Shown here: piece after piece, positions 56,831-64,000 of the stretch
How the letters are laid out: each line of letters begins with the position of its first letter
Numbering within the stretch: position 1 is the first letter of the stretch
Assembly (NCBI GenBank): GCA_964614415.1
Contig: CAZTLE010000002.1
Span: 4,027 to 68,026 of the forward strand
Direction of reading: 5' to 3'
Source of the DNA: an uncultured Aureitalea sp.
Lineage (GTDB): Bacteria; Bacteroidota; Bacteroidia; Flavobacteriales; Flavobacteriaceae
Length of the DNA: 64,000 nucleotides
The notes under the pieces: model-generated
What the model was told of the DNA's origin: nothing
Databases searched by the model: none
What the model saw: the letters and a program-made list of their open reading frames with translations, nothing else
Translations under genes and position numbers: made by a program

Positions 56831-57718
56831 ATGAAAAGAATTGCGCTTTTGTTTTTTTTAGTCACGGTATATATACTCGGACAGGGATTTCAAAGCACCG
56901 ATGAAGGTGCCATGCATAGTAATGAGCCGGAAACCATTGTCTTTACCGACCGAACTACATGGCGGAATGAGGCAAAGCTAACATGTGTCTTCGGCATAAT
57001 TCTGGAAGATTTTGACGGACTGCCGGCGGGAGAAACAAATTGCGGTACTGTGATCGACAGCCAGGGAAGTGATTGTTTTGCGCCGGGTGAGATTGTAGAC
57101 GACATTTCGGTAGTGGCTTCAATGGAAGCCGGCGGCGATGGGACTGTTGTAGGAGTATCGACAGGAACTATTGGTAACGCGATCAACCTTGTAGGTGCAA
57201 ATAGCGCTCAAGAATTCACTGTTATTGAGTTTTCGGTGGCTGTAATTGCTGCGGGGTTAGATATTTGGAACAGTACCGACACAGCCACTGACATAAGGAT
57301 ATACAACTTTAACGATGACCTGGTGGATGCCTTTACGCTGACACATACCGTGGGAATGGAGAATTTCTTTGGTTTTATCGATGATTCCGGTCATAAGATC
57401 AAGCGAATTGAGATAGAAGAAGCGAATGGAGGAAGGGAGCTTTTCGGTATTCTGGAGTTTGGTGAGTGCGAAGTCCGGGTCGAAGAATCACTGCTGGCCC
57501 AAATTGTACTATATCCCAACCCGGTGAAAGATATATTGGTGGTGAGAACACCCTTATCGGTCGAGATCTTATCCCTGGAGGTTTATGACCTAACCGGAAA
57601 AGTAATACTGAATACTATCTCCAACGGAGAGATCAATGTTTCGGGTCTTTCAAAAGGAGTTTACATACTCAAAATGACCACGTCTGCCGGAACCCTTACC
57701 AGGAAAATAGTGAAGTAA
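56831..57718 (+). CDS. T9SS C-terminal sorting domain protein (array member 3, close paralog of member 2)
   Basis: Colinear with member 2: LEDF.GLPAG..CG...S.G..CFAPG, GDG..VG.STGTIGN, LVGANS, DIWN, FFGF, LEFGEC. CTD IVLYPNPVKDILVV...GVYILKMTTSAGTLTRKIVK. Confidence 0.8.
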   Translation: MKRIALLFFLVTVYILGQGFQSTDEGAMHSNEPETIVFTDRTTWRNEAKLTCVFGIILEDFDGLPAGETNCGTVIDSQGSDCFAPGEIVDDISVVASMEAGGDGTVVGVSTGTIGNAINLVGANSAQEFTVIEFSVAVIAAGLDIWNSTDTATDIRIYNFNDDLVDAFTLTHTVGMENFFGFIDDSGHKIKRIEIEEANGGRELFGILEFGECEVRVEESLLAQIVLYPNPVKDILVVRTPLSVEILSLEVYDLTGKVILNTISNGEINVSGLSKGVYILKMTTSAGTLTRKIVK

Positions 57719-57743
57719 CAGAGGACAACATATTCTAAACGGA

Positions 57744-57772
57744 GACCCGGGCATTGACCCGGGTCCTTTTTT
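57744..57772 (+). terminator. Rho-independent terminator
   Basis: gacccggg (57744-57751) pairs with cccgggtc (57758-57765), followed by tttttt. Confidence 0.85.
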
Positions 57773-57877
57773 GGATAACTATTATCGGCTATTACGTGGA
57801 GGGAATTTTACCCCTGAATTGCCGACAAAATTACACGCCCGAATCGGGTGTGGTGGCTACCTTTCAATAAAAAAGTT

Positions 57878-58807
57878 ATGAAAAAAGCCATCGTAAAAAT
57901 TGCATTGGCAGGTTGTGCGCTTGCTATATGTTCTCCGAATTCGTTCGGATTTGATCAATTCACCCCGGGAACCATCGACCCGATTACCGATACATCAGAA
58001 AACCGCACGGTGATCACTTTGAGTCACTCGATTGACAATACAATATCCCTGGGAGGAGGCCCGGCCTGCGCTTTTGGCGGATCAACCGCGGACAATACCT
58101 ACTATCGAACCTATACCCCTGAAGACTTCGGTATTTTCGATGATCTTGCAATTGTGGGCGCCCGGTTCCCTTTTCATTTTGTTGATACTACTCCTAATGC
58201 CACTATTGATGCCCGAATAACCCTTTATACATCCAATGAGGAGTTTCCAACGGTCCTGCTAACGCCTATAACCATGGAAACCTTAACACTGGATTCGGGT
58301 GATAATGGAGCTTTCGTAAAGGTTCTTTTTTCTTCTCAGCCGGTGGTGCATCCTTCTACTGAACTGATACTAAGTTTGCACCTGCCGGACAACACACCAC
58401 CCATGTCCTATGATGCCCGCATAGGATATAATACGCTGGGAGAGACGTCACCCGGTTACCTTTCATCAATCTCCTGCAGTGGAGGAGTTCCCTTACCGGT
58501 TTCTCAGATCGGATTTCCCGATTCACACATTATTTTGGATCTATTGGCTACTAACACGCTGAATAATGATGAAACCATGTTGGAGAGTATTTCTATAACA
58601 CCAAATCCTGCGATAGACTTAATTAACATCAAGATACCCGAAGGGATTCATTTGGAATCTATGCAGATGTACGATGTGATGGGGCAAAAAGTGAATGCTT
58701 CAATATCTGACGGTACCCTGGATGTGTCAGGCCTGTCCAGTGGGGTGTACATCCTAAATGTACAATCTTCAGAAGGGGTTTGGACCGAGAAAATAGTAAA
58801 ACGATAA
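57878..58807 (+). CDS. T9SS C-terminal sorting domain protein (array member 4)
   Basis: Signal peptide MKKAIVKIALAGCALAICS. CTD ISITPNPAIDLINIKIP...GVYILNVQSSEGVWTEKIVKR. Confidence 0.8.
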   Translation: MKKAIVKIALAGCALAICSPNSFGFDQFTPGTIDPITDTSENRTVITLSHSIDNTISLGGGPACAFGGSTADNTYYRTYTPEDFGIFDDLAIVGARFPFHFVDTTPNATIDARITLYTSNEEFPTVLLTPITMETLTLDSGDNGAFVKVLFSSQPVVHPSTELILSLHLPDNTPPMSYDARIGYNTLGETSPGYLSSISCSGGVPLPVSQIGFPDSHIILDLLATNTLNNDETMLESISITPNPAIDLINIKIPEGIHLESMQMYDVMGQKVNASISDGTLDVSGLSSGVYILNVQSSEGVWTEKIVKR

Positions 58808-58823
58808 ATGTATTGTACAAAAA

Positions 58824-58849
58824 AGCCCCGGCATCCGCCGGGGCTTTTT
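58824..58849. terminator. Bidirectional Rho-independent terminator, stem AGCCCCGG/CCGGGGCT
   Basis: agccccgg (58824-58831) pairs with ccggggct (58838-58845). An A-run lies upstream and a T-run downstream. Lies between array member 4 and convergent rho. Confidence 0.85.
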
Positions 58850-58872
58850 ATATTTTCAACTTTCGAGAAACA

Positions 58873-60528
58873 TTATCCGTTCATAGAGATAAGGAACTCT
58901 TCGTTGTTACGTGTTTGTTTAATACGGTCGTTAATGAACTCCATGGCTTCCACAGGATTCATATCGGCCAAATACTTGCGCATTACCCACATACGTTGGA
59001 TAACGTTCTCTTCCAGTAACAGATCGTCTCGACGGGTACTGGACGACGTAAGGTCGATCGCAGGGAAAATACGGCGGTTGGAGATCTTGCGATCCAACTG
59101 CAGTTCCATATTACCGGTTCCTTTAAATTCTTCAAAGATCACCTCATCCATCTTAGAACCGGTTTCGGTAAGTGCCGTAGCAATGATACTTAACGAACCT
59201 CCGTTCTCAATATTCCGGGCAGCTCCGAAGAAACGCTTGGGACGGTGCAATGCATTGGCGTCCACACCACCACTCAAAATCTTACCACTGGCAGGTTGAA
59301 CAGTGTTATAGGCTCGCGCCAAACGCGTGATAGAGTCAAGCAAAATCACAACATCATGGCCACATTCCACCAATCGTTTGGCTTTTTCGATCACGATATT
59401 GGCAACACGAACGTGTTCTGAAGCTTCCTTATCGAATGTAGAAGCAACTACCTCGCCACTCACATTGCGCTGCATATCGGTTACCTCCTCAGGACGCTCG
59501 TCGATGAGCAGGATAATTTGATACACTTCGGGGTGGTTCGCAGCGATCCCGTTGGCAATATCCTTAAGCAGCATCGTCTTACCCGTTTTGGGCTGGGCAA
59601 CGATCATACCACGCTGTCCTTTTCCTATAGGAGCAAACAGGTCTATGATTCGTGTTGAAACTGTACTCTGTCGCTCTGCTACGTTAAATTTTTCATCCGG
59701 GAACAATGGAGTAAGGTGTTCAAAGGAAACCCTGTCCCGCACCACATTGGGATTAAGCCCGTTGATTTTGTTCACCTTGATAAGCGGGAAGTACTTTTCG
59801 CCTTCCTTGGGAGGTCTCACCTCTCCCAAAACAGTATCACCTGTCTTAAGGCCAAACAACCGTATCTGTGATTGTGATACATAAATATCGTCCGGAGAAG
59901 AGAGATAGTTGTAGTCACTTGATCTCAGGAAACCGTATCCGTCCTGCATGATATCAAGTACTCCTTCACTTTCTATGATACCTTCAAACTCAAAATCAGG
60001 TTCTTTATAGCGATTGCGAGTGTCCTTGTTTCCGTTCTTTTTATCGGGGCCTTTCTTATCGGCGCCTTTTTTATCACCGCCTTTCTTATCGCCGGAATCA
60101 CTTTTTTGTTTTCTGGCTTCCTGCTGGGATTTGGCATCATTGTTTTTGCCATTTTGCTGAGGAGCCTGTTGCTCTTGCTTACCATTGTTTTGGGGAGCAG
60201 ACTTTTGATTCTGTTGAGGATTGTTGTCTTGACGGGGGCGTTGTTCTTTCTTTTGTTGCCCATTTTTTTGGTGGTTACCGCCGGCGCGGTTGTCAGAACG
60301 CTGGGCACGGGGTCTGCGTTCTTTTTGTCCTTTAGGCTCGGGGGTCTCTTCAGGTTTGTTATCCTGGGTGGCTGCCTTTACGGCAGCTGGGTTTGAAGCC
60401 TGGTAGTCTAGAATCTGATAAACGAGATCCAACTTCTTCATGCTTCGGAATTTAGGCACCCCAAGTGCCTTAGCGACCTCCTGAAGCTCAGGAAGCTTTT
60501 TCGCTTTTAATTCTGAAATTTCAAACAT
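58873..60528 (-). CDS. rho: transcription termination factor Rho with a ~140 aa low-complexity N-terminal insertion
   Basis: Rho_N helix bundle [26 protein letters not shown]-binding domain ([14 protein letters not shown]), Walker [21 protein letters not shown]-rich insertion lies between the first two. Confidence 0.95.
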   Translation of the reverse strand: MFEISELKAKKLPELQEVAKALGVPKFRSMKKLDLVYQILDYQASNPAAVKAATQDNKPEETPEPKGQKERRPRAQRSDNRAGGNHQKNGQQKKEQRPRQDNNPQQNQKSAPQNNGKQEQQAPQQNGKNNDAKSQQEARKQKSDSGDKKGGDKKGADKKGPDKKNGNKDTRNRYKEPDFEFEGIIESEGVLDIMQDGYGFLRSSDYNYLSSPDDIYVSQSQIRLFGLKTGDTVLGEVRPPKEGEKYFPLIKVNKINGLNPNVVRDRVSFEHLTPLFPDEKFNVAERQSTVSTRIIDLFAPIGKGQRGMIVAQPKTGKTMLLKDIANGIAANHPEVYQIILLIDERPEEVTDMQRNVSGEVVASTFDKEASEHVRVANIVIEKAKRLVECGHDVVILLDSITRLARAYNTVQPASGKILSGGVDANALHRPKRFFGAARNIENGGSLSIIATALTETGSKMDEVIFEEFKGTGNMELQLDRKISNRRIFPAIDLTSSSTRRDDLLLEENVIQRMWVMRKYLADMNPVEAMEFINDRIKQTRNNEEFLISMNG

Positions 60529-60706
60529 CTATATGTTGTGATAGGTTAAAAGAATACTTTATAAATAAAACTGTCGCTTCGAGGGTAAATCAGTTGAAAA
60601 ATGCGTTGAAGACCAGGTAACCTAAGTTGAAGTGGCTACGAATTGTGTAGTGCAAGTATACAACAATAATTTAAATTTTGCATTTAATTTTTTTAAAAAG
60701 AAACAG

Positions 60707-60714
60707 TAATTTTG
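60707..60714 (+). promoter_or_regulatory. Bacteroidota-type -7 promoter box TAnnTTTG (TAATTTTG)
   Basis: Lies 23 nt upstream of the ATG at 60738. Confidence 0.4.
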
Positions 60715-60737
60715 CTTGCTCTTATTGAATAGGTTCA

Positions 60738-61148
60738 ATGATACAACGAATTCAAACGGTTTATCTTATACTCTCGGCATTGGCCATGGGAGCATTATAC
60801 CTTTGGTTTCCTACTTTACACGATGCTGAAGGGGCCGTGACCATTGACCGCAGTGAGCCTTTGGTGATGGGACTTATCTTTGGTTCTATCCTGCTAACGG
60901 TTATTTCAATACTGAATTTTAAGAAGCGTCAGTTGCAGTTTGTACTCAACCGCTTGAACATCATATTAAACTTTGTATTACTGGGAGTTTTCGTTTACAG
61001 ATCGCTAAGTTTACCCGGAGAGTCTTTGGTCTCTGTGAAGGGTATTGGGGTCCTCCTTCCCGTCATTTCTATCGTTTTATTAGCGATGGCCAACAAAGCC
61101 ATCAAAAGGGATGAGGATCTTGTAAAATCTGTGGATCGTTTACGGTAA
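60738..61148 (+). CDS. DUF4293-like small membrane protein (4 TM)
   Basis: The MIQRIQTVYLILSAL start and four hydrophobic helices match my recollection of DUF4293. Confidence 0.55.
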   Translation: MIQRIQTVYLILSALAMGALYLWFPTLHDAEGAVTIDRSEPLVMGLIFGSILLTVISILNFKKRQLQFVLNRLNIILNFVLLGVFVYRSLSLPGESLVSVKGIGVLLPVISIVLLAMANKAIKRDEDLVKSVDRLR

Positions 61149-61177
61149 ACCTTACATCTTAGTATATTAGTGCGAAA

Positions 61178-61210
61178 CCCCTGAAGATATGCCAACTTCG
61201 GGGGTTTTTT
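61178..61210. terminator. Bidirectional Rho-independent terminator
   Basis: cccctgaag (61178-61186) pairs with cttcgggg (61196-61204) with one bulge, followed by tttttt. Lies between convergent genes. Confidence 0.7.
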
Positions 61211-61219
61211 GTTGTGGTT

Positions 61220-61711
61220 TTATCTGGGGAATTCAATAACCTCCAAATTCTTGATTTCCGCACCGTCAATCTCAAAGCGAAGCATTGTACGCGCTTTGTG
61301 AAACCCGTGCTTTCCAACCGCACCCGGATTCATGTGAAGCAATCCCAGCTTCTTGTCATTCATTACCTTGAGAATATGCGAATGACCGGTGATAAAAAGC
61401 CGAGGCGGATTGGCTTTGATATCTTCACGGACTTCCCTGCTGTAGCGTCCCGGATACCCTCCAATATGAGTGATCCATACATCCACATCCTCACAGTGGA
61501 ACCGATTGTGCAACGGAAACTCGGCCCGGGCTTTGGCTCCATCGATATTACCAAAAACCGCCCGCAAAGTGGTGCGCTCCGCCAGGGCATCCGTGACCGA
61601 AAGGTCTCCAATATCTCCGGCATGCCATATCTCATCCACCTGCCCGGCATATTTCAATATAGCGTCGTCCATATATCCATGCGTGTCGCTAAGAAGAAGT
61701 ATCTTTTTCAT
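61220..61711 (-). CDS. metallophosphoesterase family protein (YfcE/MJ0936-like)
   Basis: LLSDTHG, HAGDIG, GNID and GHSHI phosphoesterase motifs. Confidence 0.85.
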   Translation of the reverse strand: MKKILLLSDTHGYMDDAILKYAGQVDEIWHAGDIGDLSVTDALAERTTLRAVFGNIDGAKARAEFPLHNRFHCEDVDVWITHIGGYPGRYSREVREDIKANPPRLFITGHSHILKVMNDKKLGLLHMNPGAVGKHGFHKARTMLRFEIDGAEIKNLEVIEFPR

Positions 61712-61791
61712 AGGGCATGTTAAGAGAATATGAATGATAATGCTGAGGGCATCGGTTTGTGTATCTTTGTGTTTCCAAAAATAGCCATTCC

Positions 61792-62538
61792 TTGCGATAT
61801 TTTGTTGACATAGCCTTTAACGGAAAGAACTATCATGGCTGGCAGATCCAGCCCAATGCGCATTCGGTGCAGGGGGCCATGGAAGAGATCTTCTCTACCT
61901 TTTTCAGAACGGAGATAAAGATTACCGGAGCGGGTAGGACTGATACCGGGGTGCATGCGAGCCAGATGATAGCACACTTTGATATCGAACAGGGAATTGA
62001 TGATCTCGAAGAAGTGGTTTTTCGTCTCAATTCCTTTCTTCCAAAGGACATCGCAATTACTGAGATGTATCGTGTACACGATGAGGCACATGCCAGGTTT
62101 GATGCCGTTGAAAGGGAGTATCAGTATGGGATCGTTTTGAGTAAAGATCCCTTCCGGTTCGAGGTTGCGCATCGGATTTTCCAGAAGGCAGATGTGGAGA
62201 AAATGAACGAAGCGGCAAAATTGCTATTGGGGCATCAGGATTTTCAATGCTTTTCAAGGTCGAATACCGATGTAAAGACGTATTATTGTGATGTGAAGCA
62301 AGCGTCCTGGGAACTCGATGACGACTTTCTCGTATTTACGATCGTAGCCGACCGTTTTTTGCGAAATATGGTTCGGGCTGTGGTTGGTACATTGCTGGAT
62401 ATTGGATTTGGCAAGTTGAATAGTAACGACCTTAAAGAGATCATAGATAGTAAGGATCGATCGAAAGCAGGTGCTTCGGCGCCCGCTCACGGACTGTTTT
62501 TAACCAGGGTAACATATCCGGAAGGAATTAAAGTGTAA
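61792..62538 (+). CDS. truA: tRNA pseudouridine(38-40) synthase
   Basis: RYFVDIAFNGKNYHGWQIQ N-terminus and GAGRTDTGVHA catalytic Asp motif. A TTG start at 61792 gives the canonical N-terminus. The GTG at 61759 is the alternative. Confidence 0.8.
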   Translation: MRYFVDIAFNGKNYHGWQIQPNAHSVQGAMEEIFSTFFRTEIKITGAGRTDTGVHASQMIAHFDIEQGIDDLEEVVFRLNSFLPKDIAITEMYRVHDEAHARFDAVEREYQYGIVLSKDPFRFEVAHRIFQKADVEKMNEAAKLLLGHQDFQCFSRSNTDVKTYYCDVKQASWELDDDFLVFTIVADRFLRNMVRAVVGTLLDIGFGKLNSNDLKEIIDSKDRSKAGASAPAHGLFLTRVTYPEGIKV

Positions 62539-64000
62539 TGAAAGAGGGAACAACGGGAAAAGCATTTGATTTTAAGCTGTTCCGAAGGTTATTGGAACAC
62601 ACCAACCCCTATCGCTGGACATTTTATTTTGTGGCCTTTGCTGCCATTGCCATGTCCGGCCTTGCCATCGTACGCCCCGAACTTTTGCTGCGCGCCGTAG
62701 ATAATTCCATAGTGCCCAAAGATGGGGAAGGCTTCCTTACCTATGTGTTATTAATGGTAGGGGTGCTGTTGTTTGAAGTATTGTTTCAGTTCGCGTTCAT
62801 CTATTACGCCAACTGGCTGGGGCAAAATGTGATCCGGGATATCCGTGTGAAGCTGTTCAAGCTCATGCTAAGCTTCAAAATGAAGTACTATGACAAGAGT
62901 GCTGTGGGCCGTTTGACCACTCGGGCGGTGAACGATATTGAAACCATCTCCAGTATTTTCAGTCAGGGATTGTTTATGATCATCAGTGATTTGTTGAAGA
63001 TGGCGGTCATTGCCGGTTTTATGCTTATTAAAAGCTGGGAGCTGGCACTCATCGTATTCGCCATATTACCATTGTTGTTGTACGCAACACGTGTGTTTCA
63101 ACGCGCAATGAAGGCCGCTTTCGAGGAAGTTCGAAACCAGGTGGCCGACCTGAATTCTTTTGTACAGGAGCGCATTACGGGGATGAAGATCGTTCAGATC
63201 TTTACCCGTGAAAAAACAGAGTATCAACGTTTCAGGGAAATCAATGAAAAGCACAAAAAAGCCTGGGTAAAAACGGTTTGGTACAATTCCATTTTCTTCC
63301 CCATCGCTGAGATGTCAGGTTCTATTGCCTGTGGTCTTGTGGTTTGGTATGGAGGGCTTAATGCGGTCCTTGACGGTGCTATCACCGTGGGTACATTGGT
63401 GATATTCATCGATCTTACCCAAATGCTGTTCAGGCCCCTGCGTCAGATAGCCGATAAGTTCAATACACTCCAAATGGGTATGGTGGCGGCGAACCGGGTG
63501 TTCGGTATTTTGGATACGCGCTCACATATAGACGATTCAGGAACTAAAGAATTGGAGGAGGTTATTGGTCATATTGCTTTTGAAAATGTGCGGTTCGGTT
63601 ATAATGAGGACGAAGAGGTGATCAAGGATATTTCGTTTGAAGTAGAACCCGGACAAACAGTGGCGATAGTTGGAGCGACCGGAGCCGGAAAGTCAACCAT
63701 CATCAATTTACTTTCCCGATTCTACGAGATCAATGACGGAGTTATCAAGGTAGACGGCGTTTCAGTGAAGGATTATAAGCTGGCCTCGTTGCGAACACAT
63801 ATTGCGGTCGTGCTGCAGGATGTGTTCCTTTTTGCCGATACCATTATGAACAACATCACCCTGAACAACCCTGAGATCTCAAAAGACCGTGTGATTGAAG
63901 CCGCCAAAGAGATAGGTGTTCACAAATTTATATCCTCTCTGCCGGATGCCTACGAGTACAATGTGAAAGAGCGGGGGACCATGCTGTCCTCTGGCCAGCG
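62538..64000 (+). CDS. ABC transporter permease/ATP-binding protein (MsbA-like exporter), 3' end beyond window
   Basis: Absent from ORF track because it runs off the window. My translation from the ATG at 62538 (TAATG overlap with truA) gives six-TM-type sequence, then Walker A GATGAGKST and the start of the signature LSSGQR. Confidence 0.85.
   Translation, partial: MKEGTTGKAFDFKLFRRLLEHTNPYRWTFYFVAFAAIAMSGLAIVRPELLLRAVDNSIVPKDGEGFLTYVLLMVGVLLFEVLFQFAFIYYANWLGQNVIRDIRVKLFKLMLSFKMKYYDKSAVGRLTTRAVNDIETISSIFSQGLFMIISDLLKMAVIAGFMLIKSWELALIVFAILPLLLYATRVFQRAMKAAFEEVRNQVADLNSFVQERITGMKIVQIFTREKTEYQRFREINEKHKKAWVKTVWYNSIFFPIAEMSGSIACGLVVWYGGLNAVLDGAITVGTLVIFIDLTQMLFRPLRQIADKFNTLQMGMVAANRVFGILDTRSHIDDSGTKELEEVIGHIAFENVRFGYNEDEEVIKDISFEVEPGQTVAIVGATGAGKSTIINLLSRFYEINDGVIKVDGVSVKDYKLASLRTHIAVVLQDVFLFADTIMNNITLNNPEISKDRVIEAAKEIGVHKFISSLPDAYEYNVKERGTMLSSGQ

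Noticed and set aside
1-64000. Search for mobile elements, prophage, defence systems, tRNA/rRNA and riboswitches
   Set aside because: No transposase, integrase, recombinase, restriction, Cas or toxin-like ORFs were found. No cloverleaf-like or rRNA-like sequence was recognised. Intergenic regions ahead of the metabolic genes are too short or lack conserved riboswitch cores that I can recognise by eye. A covariance-model scan (Rfam/tRNAscan) would be needed to exclude small RNAs.

Overview
This 64 kb window looks like a core chromosomal segment of a Bacteroidota, probably Flavobacteriaceae, genome. That placement is an inference from many T9SS C-terminal sorting domains, TAnnTTTG promoter-like boxes, a DUF1573 protein and an insertion-bearing Rho. 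I call 67 protein-coding genes. Two run off the window ends and are missing from the ORF track: gpmI at the start and an ABC exporter at the end. Most genes are housekeeping: valS, ftsH, rho, gap, lipA, murB, lpxK, truA, birA, rsfS and cdsA-psd. I found no rRNA, tRNA, CRISPR array, transposase, integrase or recognisable defence genes. No single standout novel system emerged. The candidates worth follow-up are: (1) A recurring composite intergenic element, in which a GC-rich hairpin core is flanked by period-7/8 microsatellite arms, found at 7 or more loci. (2) A six-gene kynurenine/2-aminomuconate cluster (17989-24750, minus strand) with REP-like hairpins in three internal gaps and both flanks. 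It contains an SDR whose catalytic Tyr and Lys are replaced by Ser and Arg. (3) An array of five contiguous ~23 bp repeats in a 400 bp divergent control region next to a lipoprotein/6TM/histidine kinase/response regulator module. (4) Four tandem T9SS cargo genes, each with its own terminator. (5) Smaller oddities: a Cys-less zinc ribbon, a low-complexity insertion in Rho, a bacterial ACBP coupled to psd, and a bilobed aspartyl protease fused to PDZ. All functional calls come from motif reading by eye. No database search was possible.
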